Shown: positions 48,375 through 58,413 of the stretch, in pieces
How the letters are laid out: each line of letters begins with the position of its first letter
How positions within the stretch are numbered: position 1 is the stretch's first letter
NCBI GenBank assembly: GCA_963662285.2
Contig: CAXXMV010000002.1
Coordinates: 832,001 to 896,000 of the forward strand
DNA: 64,000 nucleotides
Origin: a bacterium
GTDB lineage: Bacteria; Hinthialibacterota; Hinthialibacteria; Hinthialibacterales; Hinthialibacteraceae
Reading direction: 5' to 3'
Made by a program: the position numbers and the translations under genes
The notes under the pieces: generated by a model
The model's database searches: none
Told to the model about the DNA's origin: nothing
Seen by the model: the letters and a program-made list of their open reading frames with translations, nothing else

Positions 48375-49817
48375 CTATTCCTTCCAGGACGGGACGAACG
48401 ATGCGCCGGTGTCTTTGAGCAGTTTTGTTAGGCGTTTCTGCATGTCTTTCCTGACCTCGTAATGAGCGGGATCGTCGATCAGGTTATTCATCTCTTTGGG
48501 ATCGTTTTCTAGATCGTAGAGTTCGTTGAGATCGAAGACGCCGTGATAGTGCATGTATTTGTATTTCTCGGTGCGGACTCCGAAGACGGTGGGCGTCTGG
48601 GGGAAAGCCTCTTCCCAGAAATATTCGTAGAGCATGGCTTCACGCCATTTTGGGTCTTCACCCTTGAGTATGGGTAGGAAAGATTCTCCCTGCATAGATT
48701 CCGGGGTAGAGACGCCGGCCGCTTCCAGGATAGTGGGGCCGATATCGATGTTTAGAGCGATGCGGCTGGTTTTGCTATCCGGTTTGATCATATCAGGACA
48801 ATGCGCCAGTAGGGGAACGCGGATTGACTCTTCGTACATGCAGCGTTTGTCGATTAGACCGTGTTCGCCATGCAGGAAGCCGTTATCGCCCATGAAGAGG
48901 ATCAGGGTGTCATCAAGAATGCCCTGTTCTTCCAGGGTATTCATCAGGCGTCCGATGCTGTCGTCAACCGCCAGCATGGTGCGGTTGTAGTCGATGATGA
49001 AGCGGTCGAAATAGGTGTGGTCGTGATACATATAATCCACGCCGTGCCAGCTGTGGCGTTGACGTTTGACCCATAGTGGTTTGCCTTTGTAATTTTCCTC
49101 GGTGTCGGCCATGGAGTCGGGGTAATCGATTTTGACATCGGAATAAGCGTCCTTGTGGCGTTCGGCGGGATAGAAATCAGCGTGAACCGCTTTATGGGAT
49201 AGATACATAAAGAAGGGCTTATCTTTATCCTGTTTTATATAATCAGAAGCATAATCGGTGAGGATGTCGGTCATGTAGCCTTGGCGGGGGACTGATTTGC
49301 CATTGATGTTGAATGTCGGGTTGTTGTAGACGCCCTGACCTCGGAAACTGACCCAGTGGTTGAATCCGGGGCGCGGTTCGTCGCTGCTGCCGCCCATGTG
49401 CCATTTACCGATGAAAGCGGTATCGTAACCGTTCTTTTGCAGTTCGATGGGGAAGGTGGCGGTGTTGGCGGGCAGTAGAGTTGAGTTGTTCATAACTCCA
49501 TGCGTATGAGCATATTGCCCGCTCATGACGCTGGCCCGGCTGGGCGAGCAGAGCGAGGTGGTGACGTAAGCATGGTTGAAGAACATACCTCCCTTGGCTA
49601 ACCGGTCGAGGTTGGGTGTTTTAAGGAAAGGGTGTCCCATGCAACTCATGGAATCGAAGCGCATATCGTCGATCAGGATGAAGATGATGTTGCGTTTTTT
49701 CTGAGCAGCGTTGGCGGTTGAATTAATAACGGTGTTCATAATAGGCAATCCCGCTCCGACTGCTGCGGTGGATTTTAGAAAGTTTCTTCTTGAAGTTTGT
49801 GTGGTCGTCTGGCTCAT
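48375..49817 (-). CDS. Tat-exported sulfatase (S1 family, N-acetylglucosamine-6-sulfatase-like)
   Basis: SRRNFLK, DD, CSPSRA formylglycine motif, GKWH, DNG. Confidence 0.92.
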   Translation of the reverse strand: MSQTTTQTSRRNFLKSTAAVGAGLPIMNTVINSTANAAQKKRNIIFILIDDMRFDSMSCMGHPFLKTPNLDRLAKGGMFFNHAYVTTSLCSPSRASVMSGQYAHTHGVMNNSTLLPANTATFPIELQKNGYDTAFIGKWHMGGSSDEPRPGFNHWVSFRGQGVYNNPTFNINGKSVPRQGYMTDILTDYASDYIKQDKDKPFFMYLSHKAVHADFYPAERHKDAYSDVKIDYPDSMADTEENYKGKPLWVKRQRHSWHGVDYMYHDHTYFDRFIIDYNRTMLAVDDSIGRLMNTLEEQGILDDTLILFMGDNGFLHGEHGLIDKRCMYEESIRVPLLAHCPDMIKPDSKTSRIALNIDIGPTILEAAGVSTPESMQGESFLPILKGEDPKWREAMLYEYFWEEAFPQTPTVFGVRTEKYKYMHYHGVFDLNELYDLENDPKEMNNLIDDPAHYEVRKDMQKRLTKLLKDTGASFVPSWKE

Positions 49818-49831
49818 GATTTCCGCCCTCC

Positions 49832-50563
49832 TTACATGTTATTAATTAGTTCCCAGCGTTTTTTTGCGATGTTTAATTGTTTAGCGCCGCCTAACGATTT
49901 GATGATTTCCGCCGCCATGATGCGGTTGCCGCGTGGATTCATGTGAACGCCATCAGTGGTGAGTAGTCTGTCGTCTCGTAGTTTTTTCTCATACCAACTA
50001 ATGAATATTGCATTTAGATCGCATAAGATGATTTTTTTGTCTTTAGCCAGTTGACGAAGAAAGGCATTATAAGGTTTCAGTTTCTGATTTTGGGGGCTAT
50101 CGATTTTCTCGTATATCGGGGTGGCGGTGAGAAGAATCACTTTAGCGCCTGAATCGAGGCATTTATCGACGATTTCAGTCATATTCTTTTGGTATTCAGG
50201 AAGCGGAACGCCAGTGGGCTTCTCTTTGAAAGAGTGCCATACATCGTTGACTCCACAGGAGATGCTGATCCAGGTGGGATTATGTGAAAGTACGTCTTTT
50301 TGAAGACGAGCCAGCATATCGTTGGATTTGTGGCCGCCGATTCCGGCGTTGATGACATCGACTTCGTAACCGTTGACGTCGCAGAAAATTTTAAACAAAG
50401 TAGTGTAACCTTCAGGTCCTTTGCCCGCTTGAGTGATGCTGTCGCCCAGAAAGACGATAGAATCGCCGTCATGCAACAGGAATCCCTGAGCTGAGCCGGG
50501 TTGGGGCAATCCAGTCAAAACCAGGGCGAACATGCTTAAAATGATAATGGTACGAATGCTCAT
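49832..50563 (-). CDS. Exported SGNH/GDSL hydrolase
   Basis: FLGDSIT, NAGIGG, GVND, DGVH. Confidence 0.9.
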   Translation of the reverse strand: MSIRTIIILSMFALVLTGLPQPGSAQGFLLHDGDSIVFLGDSITQAGKGPEGYTTLFKIFCDVNGYEVDVINAGIGGHKSNDMLARLQKDVLSHNPTWISISCGVNDVWHSFKEKPTGVPLPEYQKNMTEIVDKCLDSGAKVILLTATPIYEKIDSPQNQKLKPYNAFLRQLAKDKKIILCDLNAIFISWYEKKLRDDRLLTTDGVHMNPRGNRIMAAEIIKSLGGAKQLNIAKKRWELINNM

Positions 50564-50776
50564 TTTGCTCTCCTTTAAATTCTTCTCCTATGAAATAAGC
50601 GAGATTGTTTTATCTATTAGTACACCATAGCATAGAAAATCGTAGGATTGAAACGCTTTTGAATGAGTATGTTGGAATGAATATTCTTTCAGGGGTTCAG
50701 TGCGCTCTGCATTTATTTATCGAAGAGATAACATATAAGTATTGTGTTGTCTAAATATTGAAAGGAATTATTCGAT

Positions 50777-53125
50777 ATGACTCATTCAAAGTGTATTTGG
50801 TTTATGCTGATTACGGCTGTTTTATTGATAGGCGTAGGCGACGTGGATGCCAAGCAAGATCCGGTAGTGAAATTGGATTGCCGATTGAAGGCGCTGATTG
50901 GCCGGACTGACGTTACTCAAGCCAAGCCGCAGGCGTTAGTGCAAAAGCTGACTGGTAAAGTATTTGTAGAAGTAAGGTTGCATAGCGCAGATAACAGCGT
51001 CTTGGAGGAATTGAAATCCGCTGGTCTAATAACTCTGGCGAAATATGGCGGATTGGTGACAGGAGTTATTTCGCAAGATAAATTACTTGATCTTGCGGCG
51101 TTGAAGGTTGTATCAACCGTATATCCTTTGCAGCGCCCATTGCTGCGATCCATTGAGGGGCAGGGAGTGGCATCAACCAGAATGGATATATTGAGAGAAA
51201 CCACGCCGGGATTTGATGGAACGGGCGTTAAAGTTGGAATTATGTCAGATTCATTTGGCGCAGTGTCAGAAGCCACGCCGATTATTGATGATATCGATGA
51301 TGATGGCATCCTGGAAATAGTGGGCACTGATTCTCAACTGGCGGGAGAAGTTCCAGCGGCGGTTGAATTGATTCATGATGGGACGCCGGAGTTTGATGAA
51401 GAAGGCAACCCATATCCGATGGAAGATTTATATACCGATGAAGGACGCGCTATGGCGGAAATCGTGCATGAAATGGCGCCGGGCGCTGAGATTGCATTTC
51501 ACTCAGCGTTTCTGGGAGTTGCTTCATGGGCTGATGGAGTTTTGAAACTGGCTGATGCGGGATGCCAGGTATTGGTCGATGATGTTATTTATTTGACCAT
51601 GTCGGCATATCAGGACGGTGAATTGTCGCAAGCAATCGAGCAGGCCGTTAAAGAACATGATATTGTCTACTTATCCGCTGCTGGAAATGCCCGCGCCCAG
51701 GCGGTAGAGATGGCCTATAATGATATTGATCCAGATAATGATGATGGCCCCATGGCTAAAATCCCTAAAGGAAATGATTATCATAATTGGAATCCAGAGG
51801 GTTTCGATGATACGCTTAATGTATTAATTGAACCGGGACGATCGGTTCGTTTTAGTCTTTTTTGGGAGAATCCCTATAGCGGAACGCTTGGCGCTGGAGC
51901 CACGACGGATTATGACCTTTATATTCTTGATGAAAATGGGAGTATGATAACAAGTTCAGATAATACTCAGGGAACAATTGAAGCGCCGATGGGCGATCCC
52001 TATGAGTTTACCGGCATTTACAATTACAGCGAAACGGATGATCTTCATATAAAAATCGTGGTCAATAAACATCATGGTCCTGCGGTTAATTTTAAGTTGA
52101 TGTTTTGGGGTGGAGGCATTAGTATATCACAGGCGGTACGCAGCCATGATCCAACAATGATGATCGGGCATAATAAGTCTGATTATGTCATGAATGTCGC
52201 CGCAGTGAATTTTAATGAAGCTGATTCTAATGGCGAGCGACAGAATAATCCCAGGCGTGTTGATCCTACCTTCTATACTTCGCTAGGCGGCTATACGGCG
52301 ATTCTCTTCTCGGCGACAGGAGAAACATTGGCAGAGCCGGAATATCGCTTCGCTCCAGATATTGCCAGCATTGACGGCGCCAACACATCATTCTTCTGGG
52401 CTGACAGCGATATCGATGATGATGATTTACCTAACTTTTTTGGAACATCCGCTGCGGCGCCTCATGCCGCTGCTATTGCAGCCCTAATGAGGCAAGCCAA
52501 TCCCGCGTTGTCTTCCAAAGAAATCTGCGATTTGATGCGCGAAGCGGCTACGGATATCTATTTACCTGGCGTTGATTTTTATACCGGCTGGGGATTCTTA
52601 TATGCTGATGATGCAGTGCGGGCGGTTCCTAATCCAATCACGCCTCCCGAACCTACGCCTATCGTTACTCCGACTGTAACGCCGACGCCGACTCCAGAGC
52701 CTACGCAAACTCCGGTTCCGATAGAAGATATTATTTCTGGAAGCGCTGATCTGGGCGTCAATCAGGTAATCGTAACTGATAATGTTTTATCTCTAACCGA
52801 TTTAAGCAGAGGTACGGATTATGATGACGTAGAGAAGCCGGATTTGGTTATTCGCTGGAATATCGTATTGAGCGATGTTAAAGATTACCATGTTTATGTG
52901 AAGGTGGATGATCAACCATTGCAGTATCTGGGACGCACAGATGATCCGAATGCGAACAGATTTGTATGGAAAGCAAATCGACCAAAGATAAATGCGGCTT
53001 TTGCTGGTGGTCCTTTGTTCGGCCATGATTATGCGTTTCATGTATTTGTCATTTCCAATAGCGGCAATCCCCCGTATTACGGGCCATTTTCCACTATTGG
53101 TTCAGTGAAATTAGAAGAGCTGTAA
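50777..53125 (+). CDS. Secreted subtilase (S8/S53-like) with a PT linker and a C-terminal domain
   Basis: VKVGIMSDS, DEGRAMAEIV, SAAGN, FFGTSAAAPHAAA, TPTVTPTPTP linker. Confidence 0.85.
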   Translation: MTHSKCIWFMLITAVLLIGVGDVDAKQDPVVKLDCRLKALIGRTDVTQAKPQALVQKLTGKVFVEVRLHSADNSVLEELKSAGLITLAKYGGLVTGVISQDKLLDLAALKVVSTVYPLQRPLLRSIEGQGVASTRMDILRETTPGFDGTGVKVGIMSDSFGAVSEATPIIDDIDDDGILEIVGTDSQLAGEVPAAVELIHDGTPEFDEEGNPYPMEDLYTDEGRAMAEIVHEMAPGAEIAFHSAFLGVASWADGVLKLADAGCQVLVDDVIYLTMSAYQDGELSQAIEQAVKEHDIVYLSAAGNARAQAVEMAYNDIDPDNDDGPMAKIPKGNDYHNWNPEGFDDTLNVLIEPGRSVRFSLFWENPYSGTLGAGATTDYDLYILDENGSMITSSDNTQGTIEAPMGDPYEFTGIYNYSETDDLHIKIVVNKHHGPAVNFKLMFWGGGISISQAVRSHDPTMMIGHNKSDYVMNVAAVNFNEADSNGERQNNPRRVDPTFYTSLGGYTAILFSATGETLAEPEYRFAPDIASIDGANTSFFWADSDIDDDDLPNFFGTSAAAPHAAAIAALMRQANPALSSKEICDLMREAATDIYLPGVDFYTGWGFLYADDAVRAVPNPITPPEPTPIVTPTVTPTPTPEPTQTPVPIEDIISGSADLGVNQVIVTDNVLSLTDLSRGTDYDDVEKPDLVIRWNIVLSDVKDYHVYVKVDDQPLQYLGRTDDPNANRFVWKANRPKINAAFAGGPLFGHDYAFHVFVISNSGNPPYYGPFSTIGSVKLEEL

Positions 53126-53150
53126 ATTTGTTTTTTTTATTATTATTATG

Positions 53151-53183
53151 AAAGGGTGGGGCCGTGGGGCTTCACCCTTTTTT
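53151..53183 (+). terminator. Intrinsic terminator
   Basis: AAAGGGTGGGGCC...GGCTTCACCCTTTTTT. Confidence 0.65.
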
Positions 53184-53425
53184 ACCTTTTGGGGTTTTGT
53201 GAGTTTCGGGCGCCCACAAGGGGCGCGCCCTACATGGATTGCCGGATGGTTAGAAGACTGTGCGTCCATGACATGAATCTCAACAAAACATATTTAAGAT
53301 CAATGGATACTTTGCTTGATCAACCTATAAATCTGCTTTTTTATGGCTTATATTATTGATCGTATGTTTTGGGTTATTGGCCCAAATATATAATACTATA
53401 AAAAAATATATTTCGGGATGAACTG

Positions 53426-54970
53426 ATGCAACTTGCTGCGTTGACAGGAATTGATTACGCAATGATGATCGGCTACCTGGTTTTATCAATCGGGTTGGGG
53501 ATCTATCTGGGTAAGAATATCAAGACCGGCAAAGATTACTTTCTGGCCGGACGAAGCCTGCCATGGTGGGCGGTGGGGATGTCAATGGTGGTGTCTGATA
53601 TTGGCGCCATTGATATTGTAGGCATCGCCGGTTCGGCGTATATCTACGGTATAGTGGTAGGCAACTACGACTGGATCGGGTGTATCCCGGTAATGATAAT
53701 CTGTGGATTTGTCTTTATACCCTATTTCTGGCGTTCGGAAGTTTATACCATACCGGAATTTCTGGGCAAACGCTTCAATGTGGGAGTTCGCACCATATCA
53801 GCTGTAATTTGGGGCTTCTTTCTGGCTTGCAACCTGGGCATCATGCTATACGCCACGGCGGTCATGATGAACACTATGCTGGGTTGGGGCGTAGGCGTAT
53901 CCATCATAATCAGCGCAGTGTTGATTGGTCTTTATACGCTGATCGGTGGATTGAAGGCGGTGGTTTACACTGATGCGCTGCAATGCGTGGTTATGATGGC
54001 AGGCTGCACTATGGTGTTGTTTATCGGTCTGTATCATGCCGGCGGCGTCTTTGCTTTCGTCAATACGGTGCATGATTTAGGCGTTGAATATAAAGACCAT
54101 TTTAACCTTATTCTTCCGGTTGATACTGATTCTCCCCATCCCTGGACCGGCATCTTATTGGGGCTTGGGATGGTATTGGCGCCAGCCTACTGGTTCGGTA
54201 ACCAATCCATCCTGCAACGCTGCCTGGGCGCAAAATCTGAATTTGAAGCCAAAGCCTCTTTTATGTGGGGCGCATTGCTTAAGATAGCGATCCCGATGAT
54301 TATGGTTGTTCCGGGCATCATCGTTTTGACTCATAATCCTAATATCGAACAAGCCGATTTTGCACTGCCTACTTTGATCCGCGATACTCTGCCGACTGGC
54401 GTGTTAGGGATTTTCTTTGCGGCGTTTCTGGCGGCTCTGATGTCGAGCGTCGATTCATGCCTCAATTCAGCGTCCACCCTTTGGGTAAAGGATATCTACC
54501 AGCGCTTTTTCGTTCCAAACAAGGATGACCGCCATTATCTGGTTATCGGACGGATACTGACGCTGATATTCACTGTGTGGGGAATTTTATTCGCCTTCTG
54601 GATTTCCGGGCTGAAAGATCAAGAGAGCATTTATAATATTATTCAAACCATACTCTCTCTGTTCCAGGGACCGAGTCTGGTGCTGATTTTGACAGGCGTT
54701 CTATGGAGCAGGACAACCGGCATCGGGGCGCTGGTTGGTTTGGTAAGCGGTCTAATCACTTCCTCCGGGCTGCTCATAATTCACAATTACGCTACCGTGC
54801 CGTTATTCCAGATACAGGATCCTTTTTTATTCATCGCCTTATGGTCGTTCCTGGTTTCGCTGGTTCTCACAATTGTGGTAAGTCTGCTAACTCCACGCGA
54901 ACCGGATGAGAAACTGGTTGGTTTGGTGTATCGTTATAAAGGGAGAAATGAAAATGCAAACGCTGATTGA
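53426..54970 (+). CDS. Sodium:solute symporter (SSS, SGLT-like)
   Basis: DYFLAGRSLPWW, TIPEFLGKRF, GGLKAVVYTD, AALMSS. Confidence 0.92.
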   Translation: MQLAALTGIDYAMMIGYLVLSIGLGIYLGKNIKTGKDYFLAGRSLPWWAVGMSMVVSDIGAIDIVGIAGSAYIYGIVVGNYDWIGCIPVMIICGFVFIPYFWRSEVYTIPEFLGKRFNVGVRTISAVIWGFFLACNLGIMLYATAVMMNTMLGWGVGVSIIISAVLIGLYTLIGGLKAVVYTDALQCVVMMAGCTMVLFIGLYHAGGVFAFVNTVHDLGVEYKDHFNLILPVDTDSPHPWTGILLGLGMVLAPAYWFGNQSILQRCLGAKSEFEAKASFMWGALLKIAIPMIMVVPGIIVLTHNPNIEQADFALPTLIRDTLPTGVLGIFFAAFLAALMSSVDSCLNSASTLWVKDIYQRFFVPNKDDRHYLVIGRILTLIFTVWGILFAFWISGLKDQESIYNIIQTILSLFQGPSLVLILTGVLWSRTTGIGALVGLVSGLITSSGLLIIHNYATVPLFQIQDPFLFIALWSFLVSLVLTIVVSLLTPREPDEKLVGLVYRYKGRNENANAD

Positions 54971-55214
54971 TGCAATAGCCAATATACTGCGCGTTCCCGG
55001 AGATTATCTGCGTGAACTTACTTTGATGATTCCCCACTCGGCGGCGCGAACCATTTTCATACTCTATTTTGCGGCCTTGCTGGTATGGGTGCTGACTATG
55101 CCCAAATCTGAAGTGTGCGGCGTTTTGCCGGGAAAGAAGGAACCGATTGACCTTCGTCCTTACGCCGCCGCTGCTCTAATCGGCCAGATTATGATCTATT
55201 CGCTCTTTTCTTGA
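54954..55214 (+). CDS. Small membrane protein coupled to the SSS transporter
   Basis: Overlaps the SSS stop codon, GGGAG RBS, two hydrophobic segments. Confidence 0.6.
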   Translation: MQTLIDAIANILRVPGDYLRELTLMIPHSAARTIFILYFAALLVWVLTMPKSEVCGVLPGKKEPIDLRPYAAAALIGQIMIYSLFS

Positions 55215-55323
55215 TGGGATGGTTTGTGCTTGTGCTTCGGTTGTTTACCCCCCCCCCCCCCGATCCTCGCTCATTACCAGAGGGCTGATCTTCAGGGAGT
55301 GATTTTGAAATATGTAGGTGGTT

Positions 55324-55513
55324 GCATCAAGGGCTGACCGCCATGCGGTCTTGCCCTTGGCGCCCAGCCTGTGAATAGATCATGAGTGATTTCGGGCGCC
55401 AACAATGTCATTAACTTTGGTTATTGGAATGTCCCCCTCACCTTTATCCTCTCCCAGAGGGAGAGAGGATAACACGGTTAACTTAATGACATTGCCACGA
55501 GAGGCGCCCCTAC
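55324..55513. mobile_element. Nested repeats: a family-B REP, and a family-A REP split by a 92-bp MITE that contains a family-E hairpin
   Basis: GGGCGCC|CAATGTCATTAA...TTAATGACATTG|CCACGAGAGGCGCCCCTAC. Confidence 0.75.
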
Positions 55514-56587
55514 CTATCCTTCAATCTCCTCCACCCAGGTCTCTGCGCCGAAGAAGTCTATATTGAAATCAATGATGGTTCCGCCTTCTTTCTGCAGAGC
55601 GCGGCGCACCTGATGTTCGCGTTCCGGGCTGCAATAAAATAGAACGCATCCACCGCCCCCAGCGCCGCAGGCTTTGCCTCCAATAGCGCCGTTTTGGAAT
55701 GCCGCGTCGAAGATTCGTTCAATAAAATCATTGGTGACTGATGGATGCAACCGCTTCTGGCAATCCCAATTGCGGTTGAGCAACTTGGCGAAACTGGTCA
55801 TCTTGCCGCCCAACAGGGCGTCTTTCATGCTAAGGACGATTTCCTTCATCTCTTCAATAGCGCCCACTGTTTCTGCATCGCCGTTGTTGAACCGGCCTGT
55901 AACTTTCGCATGGACATCGCCCGACAAGCGCGATTGTCCGGTATAACACAGCACCAGATTCTTCTCTAATTCCAGCGCTACGTCCCGTGATGCTTTCAAT
56001 TTGGATGACCTTACTTCTTCGCCGCGGAATTCCAGAAATTGCATCGATCCAAGAGCGCTGGCGTAATGATCCTGCTTGCCGCCCAGAATGCCTAACTCAT
56101 CCCGTTCGATGCGGCTGGCTTCTTCCGCCAGCTCATAAGCCAGGGGATGCTTTCCGGCATATCGATTGATCGCGGCCAACAGCGCGACGCCCATCGAAGC
56201 TGATGTTCCCAGCCCGCTGCCTGGAGGCGCGATGGACTGGGTTATCAAACTAAACTTTTTCTCCATCCCCAGTTGGCGCACTGCCGCTTTAACCAGGTCC
56301 AGATTTCCGTCATATTCAAATTCGCGAATCGAGGCTGCTTTCACATAGAGATCGTAATCGCTGGAATAGAGGGTGATTCCATGAGGAGGAGACTCGCCCC
56401 GTTCGCGCAGAGGGCTATTTTCGCCTTGGATGAATTCATTTTCGGTGATTGTGACATACGAATAGACATTCAAGGCGGCGTTGACCACGTATCCGGGCGT
56501 CTCCCGGCAAAAGGTCGCTACATCCGTCCATCCACCCGCGAAATCAATGCGCACCGGCGCTCGTGAACGTAAGATTGTTTCTGGCAT
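55514..56587 (-). CDS. hddA: GHMP kinase, D-glycero-D-manno-heptose-7-phosphate kinase-like
   Basis: APVRIDFAGGWTD, PPGSGLGTS, GKQD, GAGGGG. Confidence 0.75.
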   Translation of the reverse strand: MPETILRSRAPVRIDFAGGWTDVATFCRETPGYVVNAALNVYSYVTITENEFIQGENSPLRERGESPPHGITLYSSDYDLYVKAASIREFEYDGNLDLVKAAVRQLGMEKKFSLITQSIAPPGSGLGTSASMGVALLAAINRYAGKHPLAYELAEEASRIERDELGILGGKQDHYASALGSMQFLEFRGEEVRSSKLKASRDVALELEKNLVLCYTGQSRLSGDVHAKVTGRFNNGDAETVGAIEEMKEIVLSMKDALLGGKMTSFAKLLNRNWDCQKRLHPSVTNDFIERIFDAAFQNGAIGGKACGAGGGGCVLFYCSPEREHQVRRALQKEGGTIIDFNIDFFGAETWVEEIEG

Positions 56588-56696
56588 CAGTCTCCCCCGT
56601 TAATGAATTTATGCATTATTGATAGAATGTAATAGTTTAGTAAATTAAAGCGTATAATCCTTAATGCTATATATAGGTAATAATTCTCAAATAACC

Positions 56697-56795
56697 GTAG
56701 GGGTAACTCTTGTGGTTACCCGATTAAGAATCCTCTTTGGTTTTACCAATTCCCGGGCGGACCGGCTTATCGGGCGCCCATAAAAAGCGCCCCTA
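56697..56795 (+). repeat. REPIN-like doublet (family D/A)
   Basis: Inverted homolog of 32577-32667; overlaps the stop codon of the PfpI gene. Confidence 0.8.
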
Positions 56796-57374
56796 TAGTT
56801 CAACCTTGGTTCCCAGCACTTTGAGGAATTTGGCTAACCATTCGGGATGCGCCGGCCATGCCGGGGCGGTGACCAGGTTGCCATCGACATGAGCTTTATC
56901 AACTTCGATTTGCTGATAAGCTCCGCCAGCCAAAGTCACTTCCGGACCAACTGCCGGGTAAGCGGTGCAGGTCTTTCCTTTTAAGGCGCCCACCGCGGCC
57001 AGTAATTGCAGGCCATGGCAGATGGCGGCGATGGGTTTGTCTGCTGCAACGAAATGCGAAACCATAGCGGTTACTTTTGGATTAAGCCGGAGATACTCAG
57101 GCGCACGTCCTCCGGGGATAACCAGCGCGTCGTAATTTCTGGGATTAATTCCATCGAAATCGGCGTTCAAAGTAAAATTGTGTCCCGGCTTCTCGCTATA
57201 TGTCTGATCGCCTTCAAAATCATGTATGGCGGTGCGTATGGTGTCGCCGGTAACTTTATCCGGGCAGACCGCATGAACCAGATGCCCGATCATGGTTAAC
57301 GCCTGGAATGGCACCATTACTTCATAATCTTCCACATAATCGCCCACGATCATCAATATGTTTTTAGAACCCAT
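56793..57374 (-). CDS. DJ-1/PfpI family protein
   Basis: [29 protein letters not shown]. Confidence 0.92.
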   Translation of the reverse strand: MGSKNILMIVGDYVEDYEVMVPFQALTMIGHLVHAVCPDKVTGDTIRTAIHDFEGDQTYSEKPGHNFTLNADFDGINPRNYDALVIPGGRAPEYLRLNPKVTAMVSHFVAADKPIAAICHGLQLLAAVGALKGKTCTAYPAVGPEVTLAGGAYQQIEVDKAHVDGNLVTAPAWPAHPEWLAKFLKVLGTKVEL

Positions 57375-57460
57375 TATTTATCCTCCAAAATCTGACTGTT
57401 ATTTTAATTCTTATCTATACCAATCATGATCATAATACATTCATGTTGTTTATACAAAGA

Positions 57461-58006
57461 TCACTCACTACTACCTTCGAAATTATTTGGCGTCTGCTTG
57501 GTCAGAAAACTGATAACCCTGTAGGGCTGCCTAATGAAAACATAGGCAATGGCGAATTTGGCGAAAACGATAAACATATTGACGGCGTTTTGTCTAAATA
57601 ACTCTCTCGGCGCAGTTTTATCTGAATACATGACAAACACATTAAGCGTCTCCGCAGATATACTGTGCAATGCCTGAAATAAAATAAAAAGGCCGCATAA
57701 CATAACTGCGAATCCCAGAATTATGGCAGGATCGATGCGGCTAATCTTCTCAGAGGGATTAAGGTCAGATGTCAAGAAAATGCTGATTGGTTTTGCGAAA
57801 ATCCATAATAAAATCGTAAATGAAAACGTAACCAATATAGGTGAAATCTGGCAGAAGGCCATGAAGATATCCTGATTTTCAAGTTGGGAATTACGGGATA
57901 AATAATGCAAGGTGAATCCGAGGCTTCCCAAATATTTCGTGAATTGCAAGCATGCATATATCGAAAAGGCTCTGCAAGTAAAGACGCCTAGTTCATGTTT
58001 TGTCAT
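57461..58006 (-). CDS. Four-TM hypothetical membrane protein
   Basis: Four hydrophobic segments. Confidence 0.6.
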   Translation of the reverse strand: MTKHELGVFTCRAFSIYACLQFTKYLGSLGFTLHYLSRNSQLENQDIFMAFCQISPILVTFSFTILLWIFAKPISIFLTSDLNPSEKISRIDPAIILGFAVMLCGLFILFQALHSISAETLNVFVMYSDKTAPRELFRQNAVNMFIVFAKFAIAYVFIRQPYRVISFLTKQTPNNFEGSSE

Positions 58007-58413
58007 TTTCCATACCCCTTATATCACGTTTTCAGATCATAGAATCAGTATTGACAAATCAGCCGTCTTTGGTTTATTCTTAATTAATATAAAAAATGAG
58101 TGGTGGATCTATGAGTTCCCAAAAATTGAGCGGCATGGATTTCGAGCCTGATATAGCCATTGAACTAATTCCCATACTAATCCCTGGTTGTAAGGTCGTT
58201 TCAAGTGACGATGGCCACACAATATATATTCAATTAACCAACCAACCATTAGAACTTCATATTTATGGTAGGCTTCTCCTTATTAACGGCAAGTGCCGCA
58301 ATAAAGGGATCAAATTAGTCGTGCAATGTACAGATTTGGTAGCGCAGGAACTTGCTTCACATTGCATTGACCGCTTGATATTTGTTGAACCTATCGTTAA
58401 TACTGAATAAGCA

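Noticed and set aside
58096-58410. 104-aa plus-strand ORF
   Set aside because: No recognisable motif or RBS; it lies in an AT-rich gap between minus-strand genes and is left uncalled.
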